A stretch of 32,000 nt of DNA, from contig JBAZRV010000005.1 of the NCBI GenBank assembly GCA_041662745.1, positions 1 through 32,000 of the forward strand, read 5' to 3'. Shown piece after piece: positions 1 to 8,228 of the stretch. The notes beneath the pieces are model-generated. The model made no database searches. It was not told where the DNA came from and saw only the letters and a program-made list of their open reading frames with translations. The position numbers were made by a program, and so were the translations under genes. Within the stretch, counting starts at the first letter, position 1, and each line of letters starts with the position of its first letter. This DNA is from Patescibacteria group bacterium (GTDB lineage Bacteria > Patescibacteriota > Patescibacteriia > 2-01-FULL-39-33).

Positions 1-51
1 CAACTCATTCGCCGGCTCATCGACAGCCGGCCTTCTTTTTGTTTTAGGCAT
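1..51 (-). CDS. N-terminal fragment of an unidentified gene that continues past the left edge
   Basis: The reverse complement of 1-51 reads ATG CCT AAA ACA AAA AGA AGG... (MPKTKRRPAVDEPANEL) with no stop before the window edge. Only 17 codons are present and no RBS is visible. A stem-loop lies just upstream (ATCTTGGG 55-62 / CCCAAGAT 90-97, with inner AGGACG 69-74 / CGTCCT 80-85). Confidence 0.2.
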   Translation of the reverse strand, partial: MPKTKRRPAVDEPANEL

Positions 52-450
52 AGGATCTTGGGTTAGGCAGGACGCCAATCGTCCTACATCCCAAGATACC
101 ATTTACACATAATATTTTACAGTCTCACAGGAAAAATAAAACAAATAAAAAATCCCGTTGCTCGTAGCAGCAGAATTTTTCCCCTCCCTAATGTTTTCCC
201 TTTCATTGATTTGTAAATTATGATTTATAATTAGTCTTTAAAGTAAATCACTATTAATTTCCTGGCGATCCCCTATCGGCAATTAAATCAGCATCTTGAA
301 CGATCGCCAGCAAACGAACCATAATTAAAATGCATTGTTTGATCAAACTTTTTCTTAACTGTCTGATAAAGTCCTTTATAATCAGGATTCTTGTCTACAT
401 TATTCATACGATTATAATTCTTAAACTAAGTATACCTTCTTTAACAACTA

Positions 451-479
451 TTGACAAATTTTAGCTATAGTGCTACAAT
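451..479 (+). promoter_or_regulatory. sigma70-type promoter for the glycosyltransferase-aroE operon
   Basis: TTGACA (451-456), a 17-nt spacer, then TACAAT (474-479). It lies 47 nt upstream of the ATG at 526. The ORF-track start at 451 is the -35 hexamer itself. Confidence 0.7.
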
Positions 480-525
480 GAAATGTTTAATGGGACTTTA
501 CAACTTAATAATAAGGAGAGAGAAA

Positions 526-1662
526 ATGAATAGAACTAAAGTCATAGTAGGCATCCCCTCTTTAAACGAGGAGGATTCAATTGCCAATGTTACTGATTTA
601 GTGGACCAGGGCTTAGCGTCCATCTACAACCCGAAAATCTGTTTGATAGTCAATGTTGACAGTGATAGCACCGATAGAACACAAAAAGTGTTCAATCAAA
701 CGGCGACTCGCTGTCCCAAAATACAACTGGTCAATAAAAAGATTCCGCGGGGCAAGGGTTCTAATTTGCGTTTACTCTGGGAATTGGCGCTAACAACCGA
801 AGCCGAAGCCATCATTACCGTTGATGCCGATCTCAAAACTATTGAGCCGATCTGGGTAAAAAAACTTATCGGCCCCATCCTGGAGGATCGTTGCGATTAC
901 ATTTGTCCGTTATACAGCCGTAATCGTTTCGAGGGCAGTACCACCACCCATTTAGTCGTTCCTCTGGTCTGGGCAAAATTTCAAGCACCAGTCAGGCAAC
1001 CAATCGGCGGCGAATTCGCCTTGAGTCGTAAAGTTGCCAAATATTTGCTGAAACAACAATTCCCACTTGACGCCTATCGTTATGGCATTGATGTTTTCAT
1101 GACCATGCATGCTTTAGGCGGCGGTTTCCGCGTCGGCGAAACTTATTTGGGACGAAAATTCCATAAGCCGAGTTTCCCTAAAATCATGCCGATGTTTGAA
1201 CAAGTAGCGCAGACGGCTTTGACCGTGGCTAAGAGTTACAAGTATGGTGATCGAGCGAACTATGTTAATTTGGGAGAAGCCCGGCGTTGCGGTATTGATT
1301 CTCAAGCCATCTATCCGGGTGATGACCATATTAATCGTTTAGTCGGCCAAGCCAAAAACAACTACTGGAACCATCAGAAGTCTTTGGCAAAATTTCTCGG
1401 CCCACTAACACCACGAATCAATGATTTAATGTCTAACGATAAACCCGAGATATCTATCGCCGATTGGCTGGGTATTCTGCAATCATTCTATCAACAGCAT
1501 GACCTACAAAATAACCAAGCCGAAAATGAACAGAAGGCCGGCTGGCTGTTGGCACAACTATTCATCTGCCATGTCCGTTCTTTCTGGCAGTTAATCAAAG
1601 AACTGCCCGTAGAACAAGTGGAGGAGCTTATCGTATCACAAACAATGGGGCTAAGGTTGTAG
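526..1662 (+). CDS. family-2 (GT-A fold) glycosyltransferase, glucosyl-3-phosphoglycerate-synthase-like
   Basis: ORF 451..1662 trimmed to ATG 526, which is preceded by AAGGAGAG (513-520). The N-terminus VIVGIPSLNEEDSI...NVDSDSTD, the TVDADL (DxD-type) motif and PLYSRNRFEGSTTTHLVVPL resemble GT2/GT81 enzymes. Confidence 0.7.
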   Translation: MNRTKVIVGIPSLNEEDSIANVTDLVDQGLASIYNPKICLIVNVDSDSTDRTQKVFNQTATRCPKIQLVNKKIPRGKGSNLRLLWELALTTEAEAIITVDADLKTIEPIWVKKLIGPILEDRCDYICPLYSRNRFEGSTTTHLVVPLVWAKFQAPVRQPIGGEFALSRKVAKYLLKQQFPLDAYRYGIDVFMTMHALGGGFRVGETYLGRKFHKPSFPKIMPMFEQVAQTALTVAKSYKYGDRANYVNLGEARRCGIDSQAIYPGDDHINRLVGQAKNNYWNHQKSLAKFLGPLTPRINDLMSNDKPEISIADWLGILQSFYQQHDLQNNQAENEQKAGWLLAQLFICHVRSFWQLIKELPVEQVEELIVSQTMGLRL

Positions 1663-1677
1663 CCAAGGAGATGACTT

Positions 1678-2553
1678 ATGCTTTATACCGCCTTATTAGG
1701 ACATCCGGTGGACCACAGCGTCTCACCGATTCTATTTCAGGCCATAGCTAATAGTGTTGGACTGGAATACTCTCATCTCAAAATCGACGTATCCAGGGCC
1801 GAGGATTTGGCTGACTGTCTGAAAGCCATGTCACGACTAAATTTCAACGGAGCTAACGTCACCCTGCCTTACAAATTGGCGATCATGCCTCACTGTTCAG
1901 AAGTTGATCCGTTAGCCCAAAAAATCGGCGCCGTAAATTCCCTAGTGTTTAACGGGGATAAAGTTTCCGGTTTCAATACGGATATACGCGGAGCGGAAAT
2001 GGCGATTAAAACGCAACTCAAAGCAGTCGGCCAGACGGATAAAGTCCTGATCATCGGCGCCGGCGGAGTGGCTCGAGCCATAGCTTATGCTTTGGCCGAC
2101 TGTTGCGGCGAGATGTACGTCATCAACCAGGACAAGCGGCAAGCAGAAACAATGATTCGGGAATTATCGCTGGGGCCAAAAGCCAAGGCCAAAACCTTGA
2201 CACCATTGCGACTGCAATGGTTTCTACAACAGTGCGATGTCATTGTCAATGCTACACCGGTAGGTATGTATCCGGATATGGAAAGACGCATTGTGCCACT
2301 GCACAATATGGCGCAAGCGGCCCAAGATAGCGACTTCTCTAAAAAATGCTTTCTGGATGCGATTTTCAACCCCTATAAGACCCGTTTCTTGATGGATGCG
2401 GAGAATTTCGGCGCTAGGGTATGCTCGGGAACCTACATGATGATTTTCCAAGCCCTCGCCGCTTTTGAATTATGGACTGGCTTTAAGCCGCCCGCCAATC
2501 TAAGTGTTGACCATCTCAATACCCGTATGATACAAGCAGTCAAACTGCTCTGA
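1678..2553 (+). CDS. aroE: shikimate dehydrogenase
   Basis: Motifs LLGHPVDHSVSP, NVTLPYK, NTD and the GAGGVARA NADP-binding loop. RBS AAGGAG at 1665-1670. The start is 15 nt after the upstream stop, so the gene is probably co-transcribed. Confidence 0.9.
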   Translation: MLYTALLGHPVDHSVSPILFQAIANSVGLEYSHLKIDVSRAEDLADCLKAMSRLNFNGANVTLPYKLAIMPHCSEVDPLAQKIGAVNSLVFNGDKVSGFNTDIRGAEMAIKTQLKAVGQTDKVLIIGAGGVARAIAYALADCCGEMYVINQDKRQAETMIRELSLGPKAKAKTLTPLRLQWFLQQCDVIVNATPVGMYPDMERRIVPLHNMAQAAQDSDFSKKCFLDAIFNPYKTRFLMDAENFGARVCSGTYMMIFQALAAFELWTGFKPPANLSVDHLNTRMIQAVKLL

Positions 2554-2564
2554 ACCTTGACCAA

Positions 2565-2600
2565 AAAGACCGCCTCGGCACCATGCCGGACGGTCTTTTA
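2565..2600. terminator. bidirectional rho-independent terminator between convergent aroE and the HD-hydrolase gene
   Basis: AAAGACCG (2565-2572) pairs with CGGTCTTT (2591-2598), with an inner CGGCA/TGCCG stem. T-runs follow the hairpin on both strands. Confidence 0.65.
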
Positions 2601-2610
2601 TAATATTAAC

Positions 2611-3135
2611 TTAGCTATTTGACATTTCCAGTTGTTTTTTTAAATCCAGCCAGACCGGCTCATTGCCGATTTCCTCTTGGGTTAAGGTTAGAAAATATTC
2701 CACCTTGCCCCAGAGTGATTGTTGCTTATCCGCCGAAGCTAAACCGTAGTAACAGCTATTATTTAACAGATCGGCGGCTTTGACTAACAATGCTTCCCGA
2801 CCGCAAGTCTTGGCGCGATCAAACATTTCCTGATAATTTTTCTGCGGATCATCAATTTTCGGATCAAACGACACGGCACCGACAATCTCAGCAATTCTTT
2901 CACCAAACTCGCTTTTGATCCGCTCTAAGCTAACACCGGCATCCTCCAACAAGTCATGTAGAATTGCCGCGGCTGCTGTCTCATAAGAACAACCCGCTTC
3001 TAGGAGATAAATCGCCATTCGCAGAGAATGTAAAACCACCGGCTTGGGATTGTTGCCGGTACGGCCATATTCTTCAACTAAGAATTTGACGGCTTTTTCC
3101 AGTTTAAAGGATATTTCCGGTTCAATTTTAATCAT
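2611..3135 (-). CDS. HD-domain phosphohydrolase, SpoT/Mesh1-like small alarmone hydrolase type
   Basis: HSLRMAIYLLEAG...AAAILHDLLEDAGVSLERIKSEFGERIAEIVGAVS is the HD_4 / (p)ppGpp-hydrolase pattern. The ORF-track start at 3222 is rejected because 3136-3222 contains a terminator and a promoter. The ATG at 3135 begins MIKIEPE. Confidence 0.75.
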   Translation of the reverse strand: MIKIEPEISFKLEKAVKFLVEEYGRTGNNPKPVVLHSLRMAIYLLEAGCSYETAAAAILHDLLEDAGVSLERIKSEFGERIAEIVGAVSFDPKIDDPQKNYQEMFDRAKTCGREALLVKAADLLNNSCYYGLASADKQQSLWGKVEYFLTLTQEEIGNEPVWLDLKKQLEMSNS

Positions 3136-3150
3136 ATGATTATTACTGAT

Positions 3151-3179
3151 ATTGTAATACAAAAAATAAATAAAGACAA
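3151..3179 (-). promoter_or_regulatory. promoter for the HD-hydrolase gene (very short leader)
   Basis: On the minus strand: TTGTCT (3179-3174), a 17-nt spacer, then TACAAT (3156-3151). The ATG at 3135 lies 15 nt after the -10 element, and no Shine-Dalgarno sequence is visible. Confidence 0.5.
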
Positions 3180-3208
3180 GAAAAGCGCCCCGAAACAAAT
3201 CGGGGCGC
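3165..3208 (-). terminator. rho-independent terminator after the P-loop protein gene
   Basis: The minus strand reads GCGCCCCG-ATTTGTTT-CGGGGCGC (3208-3185) followed by TTTTCTTGTCTTTATTTATTTTTT. Confidence 0.75.
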
Positions 3209-3218
3209 AATGCATTGT

Positions 3219-4169
3219 TCAATGAGTGGCGATATACTCGGCTACGCCCTGAAGCGGTCCGGAAATATGCCTGATCTCCAAGCTATTGACCAAACAGGCG
3301 ATTAATCGCCGACGAAAATCATAGAATTCCGGCTGATCAAATGACGGGATGTAGCCGAGCATCTCGTAGTTGCTTCCGCCCAGCAACGTCGTGCAGGTAT
3401 TGCGGATGTAACGCGAGAAATTCTCGTTCAGATATAACATCGTCGTCAAAGACGGCGCCGGACTGACCACGACTTTGGTCTTAGTTTCATCAACATGCAT
3501 CAAATAGGCTTTGGCAATCCGATAGGGTCGGTTATTATCCTTAAAAAACCGTTCAATGCCCAGATCTTCCGGCTTAATCTTGGTCTTACTCAACCAAGAA
3601 TCGGCCGTTTCCTGCCAGGGTATCTGAACGGCTAGATCGGGTAAATTCCGTCTAACCGACTCTTGGCGCAGAAAGAAAAATTCCGTGCCCGCTTCAACAA
3701 ATACCTGACTGCGGTGCCAACATAAGATAGCCAGATCATTGGCGCCAAGCCGATAACCGTAATCGCGGCACAGTTTCAACGCTGTCAGCGACTTGCCACT
3801 GCCTTCCTTACCCAACAATAGGATGCCGGATTGATCAGTGGGACCACAGACGCTAGCGGCATGAGCAGTCAACATGTGATTGATTTGATGCTGTCGTTCA
3901 ATCATCGCATAAGCCAAATACATCAAGGTCTCACCGTTACGGGTCAAACGCCAAGGCAGACTAATCCGGCATTGCTGAGGAGCAATATCCAAATCAGTCA
4001 TCTCAACATCCCGGTAGTGCAGTATCGGCTGATCAATCAGTTGAATCTGTTTAATCAACAACCGTGGCACGAAGCAGTTGTAACTCTCTTCAAGAAATAA
4101 CCGTTGCAATGGCCTGCTACTCTGGAAGTTAACTCCATGGTAACAAGACTCCAGAAAAAACTCATCCAT
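3219..4169 (-). CDS. HPr-kinase/phosphorylase C-terminal-domain-like P-loop protein (HprK-related kinase family)
   Basis: LLLGKEGSGKSLTALKLCRDYGYRLGANDLAIL matches the HprK pattern G-x-S-G-x-GKS-x-x-AL-x-L...G-x-x-L-x-x-D. RBS AAGGAG lies in the 17-nt gap after the SAM synthetase gene. Confidence 0.55.
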   Translation of the reverse strand: MDEFFLESCYHGVNFQSSRPLQRLFLEESYNCFVPRLLIKQIQLIDQPILHYRDVEMTDLDIAPQQCRISLPWRLTRNGETLMYLAYAMIERQHQINHMLTAHAASVCGPTDQSGILLLGKEGSGKSLTALKLCRDYGYRLGANDLAILCWHRSQVFVEAGTEFFFLRQESVRRNLPDLAVQIPWQETADSWLSKTKIKPEDLGIERFFKDNNRPYRIAKAYLMHVDETKTKVVVSPAPSLTTMLYLNENFSRYIRNTCTTLLGGSNYEMLGYIPSFDQPEFYDFRRRLIACLVNSLEIRHISGPLQGVAEYIATH

Positions 4170-4186
4170 AACCTCGCTCCTTTGAG

Positions 4187-5386
4187 TCAGATAATGACTC
4201 GTGCCTCCAGGATCTCCCTCAAATAATCAACTTGCAGGAAGTTTCTGGCGACGACATCTTCAATAGTTTCACGCGCCACATCCCGGTCAACATAAATCAT
4301 CAGTTGGGCCGGAGGAATCAATGACTGGCCGTTTTTCGCCAATGAGACGACTGAGCACCGGACACCGAGCTCGTCAAAAATAGCCTTAGCCAAACGTTGA
4401 GTTAAAAAGCCCATGACCCGTCCAGTGTGATAAACCGGATTTTTACCAGCCGGAGCTTCCATCGAGTAGGGACGGAAAGTGGAAATAACGCCCAAAGGCG
4501 AATTACCTCGACCAACCAATCCTTCCTCGCCGCATTCCACACAACTGCCGATGCCCAACATATACAAACGGTAGCCATCGGGACCGGGATTAACGCGTAC
4601 TTTGGCTAGACAGGCGGAATCCGATATCATTAATTTTCTAGAGGCTACTTCAGACAACATCAGTTCCATTTCTCTGACTATCTCGTTATACTCCTGACGA
4701 TTAAGCACATCTTTAGCTAATACTGGCATACAAACAGTGATATCAATTCCATATCCGTCGCGATAAACCATGACTTTTATGTCTTGGCCAACACGATTAA
4801 AGATAAAATGCTTAAACGGCTTATCAGACCAAAAAGCATGCTCCAATTCATAGGCCAATGTTTCACAAATCGTCATCGGCCAATGAGCCACGGAAACCGA
4901 GGTATCACCAGCCATCAATTTGGTCGCTTCCGGCAAATCGCCGATATCGCGTGGCGAAAACCAGAACGGCCTGGTGGTGTGTTGGGTCGTACTGTTTATG
5001 ATCTCCAAATGTTGCGGTAGCAAATTAGGCAAATGCACCTGAAGATAATCGCTGACCGCTTGATTCTGGATCGCCGCCAAATCAATCGCTTGGCCGTCCA
5101 TAGTGTTGCTCATGCGTCCATTGACTACCACCTTGACCGGCTTCAGAAATTCACAGTGGCCAAAATCGCTTTTGAACCAACCGCCGCCAATAAAAAGCTT
5201 ATCAACATTATGATGCAAAACTACTCCAAAATTATTCAAACAATACTTGGAATACGCCACGGACACGGCTTCAGCCAGTCCGTCAGCCAAGGTGTCGGGA
5301 TGACCCAACCCTTTGCGTTCCACAATTTCAATTTCCTGATCCTCGGGATTAAGCCAATTCTTGCTAATCCTAACAAAATTCATCAT
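4187..5386 (-). CDS. archaeal-type S-adenosylmethionine synthetase (methionine adenosyltransferase)
   Basis: EIVERKGLGHPDTLADG, GQDIKVMV, and GLVGRGNSPLGVISTFRPYSMEAPAGKNPVYHTG align motif-for-motif with archaeal MAT as I recall the M. jannaschii enzyme (IVERKGLGHPD ... GRGNR.[25 protein letters not shown]). RBS AGGAGG is upstream. Confidence 0.85.
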   Translation of the reverse strand: MMNFVRISKNWLNPEDQEIEIVERKGLGHPDTLADGLAEAVSVAYSKYCLNNFGVVLHHNVDKLFIGGGWFKSDFGHCEFLKPVKVVVNGRMSNTMDGQAIDLAAIQNQAVSDYLQVHLPNLLPQHLEIINSTTQHTTRPFWFSPRDIGDLPEATKLMAGDTSVSVAHWPMTICETLAYELEHAFWSDKPFKHFIFNRVGQDIKVMVYRDGYGIDITVCMPVLAKDVLNRQEYNEIVREMELMLSEVASRKLMISDSACLAKVRVNPGPDGYRLYMLGIGSCVECGEEGLVGRGNSPLGVISTFRPYSMEAPAGKNPVYHTGRVMGFLTQRLAKAIFDELGVRCSVVSLAKNGQSLIPPAQLMIYVDRDVARETIEDVVARNFLQVDYLREILEARVII

Positions 5387-5455
5387 GGCTCGTACCTCCT
5401 ATGTTTATTGTTGCAGTTTGATTAATTAAATTTTAAAGTTCTTATTTAACAGATA

Positions 5456-5484
5456 ATTATACACCCAACATACATTTTTGTCAA
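5456..5484 (-). promoter_or_regulatory. consensus sigma70 promoter for the SAM synthetase operon
   Basis: The minus strand reads TTGACA (5484-5479), a 17-nt spacer, then TATAAT (5461-5456). Both hexamers are perfect consensus. Confidence 0.75.
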
Positions 5485-5514
5485 GAGGCTTATAAAATCA
5501 ACATGGTAAACCTT

Positions 5515-5549
5515 AAAACCCCCTGATCAAAAATTTGACCGGGGGTTTT
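5515..5549 (-). terminator. rho-independent terminator after the small membrane-protein operon
   Basis: AAAACCCCC (5515-5523) pairs with GGGGGTTTT (5541-5549), with partial inner pairing. On the minus strand the stem is followed by TTTTAAGG. Confidence 0.6.
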
Positions 5550-5564
5550 ATTAATTCAAAAATA

Positions 5565-5804
5565 TTATTTTTTCAACTGCGATCGCAGTAAAACAACGCT
5601 CAGAATAAAGGCGACGGCAAAAAAGATGGCGCCATAAAAACACGGAGTAAAAAACGGATTGGCCAAGGGTCCGGAGGCGGCGTAACAGCCGACGGTGCAG
5701 ACGCGTTTCTGTAACCAGAGCCACAACTCATAAAAGAAGTTGCCCCAGGCAAACACCGTACCGACCAACAAAATAATGAATTGAGAAACGACTACTTTTT
5801 TCAT
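5565..5804 (-). CDS. small integral membrane protein, function unknown
   Basis: 79 aa with hydrophobic segments and a CTVGC cysteine pair. It is last in a run of three small membrane-protein genes on the same strand. Confidence 0.5.
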   Translation of the reverse strand: MKKVVVSQFIILLVGTVFAWGNFFYELWLWLQKRVCTVGCYAASGPLANPFFTPCFYGAIFFAVAFILSVVLLRSQLKK

Positions 5805-5815
5805 ATTGTTTTATA

Positions 5816-6211
5816 TTACCTGTTTAAGTAAGTGATGGTTAATTGCAGTACGGCGGCAAACGTCACCCAGAGCAAATACGGGATCTGGATATACGACACC
5901 CAACGCGAGTAAGGATAAACGGCGACAATCGCCCAAATCAATGTGCCAAAAACCAATAGAATATCAACCGAGGCTAAAAAGTTATTTCGCAAATTGAATT
6001 GGATGGGTGTAAAAACAAAATTAAAAACCAAATTCAAAATAAAAGGCAAAACGACAATTAAGGGCAATCGCTTTTGCCAGGCCAAAATAAACACCCAGCC
6101 GAAGGAAATGGCGATCAGTGCGTAAAGGAAAGTCCAAACCGGACCGAACAGCCAAGCCGGCGGCGACCACGACGGTTTGATAAGTTGCTGATACCAATTG
6201 TAGGGGTTCAT
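5816..6211 (-). CDS. tspO: TspO/MBR family tryptophan-rich sensory protein
   Basis: WYQQLIKPSWSPPAWLFGPVWTFLYALIAISFGWV and further Trp-rich transmembrane helices are typical of TspO. Confidence 0.8.
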   Translation of the reverse strand: MNPYNWYQQLIKPSWSPPAWLFGPVWTFLYALIAISFGWVFILAWQKRLPLIVVLPFILNLVFNFVFTPIQFNLRNNFLASVDILLVFGTLIWAIVAVYPYSRWVSYIQIPYLLWVTFAAVLQLTITYLNR

Positions 6212-6220
6212 ATCTTTGCC

Positions 6221-6409
6221 TTATTTGTTTGTAAAGAATCTGATAATGAAATAAATCGCCGATACCACGAACAACGCCCACCAAAGCCACAACAAATCGA
6301 TAAGATAGGCATAAAAATACAACCCCAACAAAATACCCAAGGAGATTAGGCAAACCTTTATTAATGCCACCTCCCAAGGATTGAAAGTCCAATTCTTAAA
6401 AAATTTCAT
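6221..6409 (-). CDS. small membrane protein, function unknown
   Basis: 62 aa with two hydrophobic helices. It lies 9 nt upstream of tspO on the same strand. Confidence 0.4.
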   Translation of the reverse strand: MKFFKNWTFNPWEVALIKVCLISLGILLGLYFYAYLIDLLWLWWALFVVSAIYFIIRFFTNK

Positions 6410-6510
6410 AGCTTTTCAGTTAAAGTTAATACCTTACTTGAAGTATAACAAAAAAACCTAAAATTATAAACTATCAGTTTTAATCAATAATAAGATACAA
6501 AATCCCCGCT

Positions 6511-6924
6511 TCACGAGCGAGGATCAAAAAGTACTGACATTATTTTTAAACCTGCGTGATCTTGCCGATATTCATCAAGAAAAAACTTGAACCACTTGAC
6601 CGTCATGCCGACTTCCCTGGCCCAGGCCCTTATCTCGGCCTCTGTTGTTGGCAGACAACCCAAAAATTCAACCGGATCTTCTACCCCCAAAGCAAGTCTT
6701 TTCTGGCGAATCAATATGTAGAAGGCGTCTGCGTTTTCATTGTAATCCCTCTCATGCCTCGCTTGAGCTTTTTCGGCTTTGGCTCTCTTCTCTTTATCAG
6801 TCCTGGCTTCGGCTGTTAACAGGCCGCAACATGAACATTCCCGTCCATCCTGATGGGCTGACTGACCAGTGCAATCAGTATGACGGCCGGCCGAACAGGG
6901 CTTGCATCTTTTGCGTTGCTTCAT
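6511..6924 (-). CDS. hypothetical protein with a Cys-rich N-terminus
   Basis: 137-aa ORF preceded by GGGGGGAGA. The N-terminus CKPCSAGRHTDCTG...ECSCCG is followed by a Lys/Glu/Ala-rich helix. No family was recognised. Confidence 0.45.
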   Translation of the reverse strand: MKQRKRCKPCSAGRHTDCTGQSAHQDGRECSCCGLLTAEARTDKEKRAKAEKAQARHERDYNENADAFYILIRQKRLALGVEDPVEFLGCLPTTEAEIRAWAREVGMTVKWFKFFLDEYRQDHAGLKIMSVLFDPRS

Positions 6925-7146
6925 TTGTCTCCCCCCTTTTGGCAGTTAACCCTTATAGTTACCGTAAACAACGGTAACACTAAGTTATAATTTGGTCAAA
7001 TGCCAGACATTAAAAACGAAACTCAAACGGAATATTCGGGGCTTTGTTCAATAAGCCAGAAATTATTCCTCCTTGAGGAAATATAAAAATTTTTCAAAAA
7101 ATATCCTCATCAAAAACCAATTTGCCAAGATCCATTAATGCGATTA

Positions 7147-7350
7147 TTAATCTTTTAGATATTTGCCAGCGACACTCAAAGCAAACGAAGGCAAGATAAT
7201 AAAAACCGTGGCGAACATAAGCCTGATAAACACTTCGCTAAGCCATGAGTCGGCCTTATCCGGCCCGGAACCGGTCAAAACGACTAACATACCCACGATG
7301 CCGAAGACGATTGAGGAGTAAATAAATACCTGAGTAGCGATTTTTTGCAT
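7147..7350 (-). CDS. small membrane protein, function unknown
   Basis: ORF 7147..7431 trimmed to the ATG at 7350 (MQKIATQVFIYSSIVFGIVGMLVVL...). The region upstream of 7350 holds a TACAAT box and a terminator-module repeat. The start at 7431 remains possible. Confidence 0.4.
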   Translation of the reverse strand: MQKIATQVFIYSSIVFGIVGMLVVLTGSGPDKADSWLSEVFIRLMFATVFIILPSFALSVAGKYLKD

Positions 7351-7386
7351 ATTTTTTATTTTTATTGTATCACGAATATGCGCAAA

Positions 7387-7437
7387 TCGCCACCCGTGAA
7401 GGTGGCGAACAAACTTGCAAAACAAGTCCAAAGCTCA
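7387..7437 (-). repeat. copy of a dispersed trailer + hairpin terminator module (after the sortase gene)
   Basis: Hairpin TCGCCACC-CGTGAA-GGTGGCGA (7387-7408), followed on the plus strand by AAAACAAGTCCAAAGCTCA (7419-7437). The same AAAACAAGTYCAAAGCTC motif recurs at 12303-12320, 12534-12551, 27518-27537, and in part at 25572-25584. Confidence 0.6.
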
Positions 7438-7450
7438 CATGATTATTAAT

Positions 7451-8197
7451 TTATTCTTTATCAGCAAATATCACCAGCCTTTTAGGGTAACTTTTGACAG
7501 ATTTATTCCAAGCCCCCTCACAAGTAATCAAATTAAGATGCGCTTTGCCATCACTTGAAATAAACACCTCCGGCACATCGGCTTTAGGATCGTAACTTCG
7601 GCTTTGACGAACTATAAAAACCGTAATTCTCCCTTTCTCGTCCTCAATATATAATCTATCGCCGGCAACCAGCTTAGACAAACCGTTAAATACGGTCGGT
7701 TTGCCGTTTTTCCAAATGCCGTAATGGCCGGTTATAATAGCATTGCCGCTATCTCCGGGACGAGGACTGAATTCAAACCAAGCGGCGTTACTTGGTCCTT
7801 TCGGCACATCAACTGCTCCTTGAGGCGTCAACCCAACTCTTTCAATAACGGTATCAACTTTGATTTTGGGAATTTTCAGGCGCACCGGTACGCCTATGCC
7901 GGTTGAATCGGCAAGTAAAGCTGTCGGCAATCTTGGCGCCATGGATTCAATTAGCTTATTCAAATCACTAAACCTGTCATCCATTATGTTTTGCCCCATT
8001 TGACTGTTAAGCTTAATGCCGGTAGCTGACGGAGTGAATTCCGCGTATGAATTCTTTATTGATAAACCCAAAAACATCATAACCGAAGATGAAATAATAG
8101 CCAAAATACTGACAACCAATAATAATTTTACATACATTTTTGAATGCATACCTTCGTAACAACTATAGCATAATGGCCTCACCTGAGGCGAGGCCAT
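7451..8197 (-). CDS. sortase family transpeptidase
   Basis: Catalytic-type motifs ITGHYG (His), NLITCEG (Cys) and a C-terminal PKRLVIFA (Arg), plus an N-terminal membrane anchor. It lies immediately downstream of an LPXTG protein. The true start may be an internal Met (MHSKMYVKLLL). Confidence 0.8.
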   Translation of the reverse strand: MASPQVRPLCYSCYEGMHSKMYVKLLLVVSILAIISSSVMMFLGLSIKNSYAEFTPSATGIKLNSQMGQNIMDDRFSDLNKLIESMAPRLPTALLADSTGIGVPVRLKIPKIKVDTVIERVGLTPQGAVDVPKGPSNAAWFEFSPRPGDSGNAIITGHYGIWKNGKPTVFNGLSKLVAGDRLYIEDEKGRITVFIVRQSRSYDPKADVPEVFISSDGKAHLNLITCEGAWNKSVKSYPKRLVIFADKE

Positions 8198-8228
8198 TGC
8201 TTAGTAAAAATAAATACTAAAATTGTAA

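Noticed and set aside
288-407. A 39-codon minus-strand ORF (MNNVDKNPDYKGLYQTVKKKFDQTMHFNYGSFAGDRSRC) in the AT-rich gap upstream of the glycosyltransferase.
   Set aside because: No RBS is present. The only TATAAT-like box sits 3 nt from the ATG, too close to serve it. The sequence has no recognisable features.
451-525. A TTG start at 451 for the glycosyltransferase.
   Set aside because: 451-456 is the TTGACA -35 hexamer of a well-spaced promoter. The ATG at 526 has a strong AAGGAGAG RBS.
3136-3222. The 29-codon N-terminal extension of the HD-hydrolase ORF (start at 3222), which would overlap the upstream gene.
   Set aside because: The extension contains the terminator hairpin of the upstream gene (3185-3208) and a TTGTCT-17-TACAAT promoter. 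The encoded peptide is hydrophobic nonsense (FLVFIYFLYYNISNN).
6021-6392. Overlapping ORFs 6021-6392 (-), 6074-6349 (+) and 5943-6125 (+) across tspO and the small membrane-protein gene.
   Set aside because: They are alternative frames of a region already explained by a clear TspO gene and an adjacent membrane protein. They have biased, repetitive composition.
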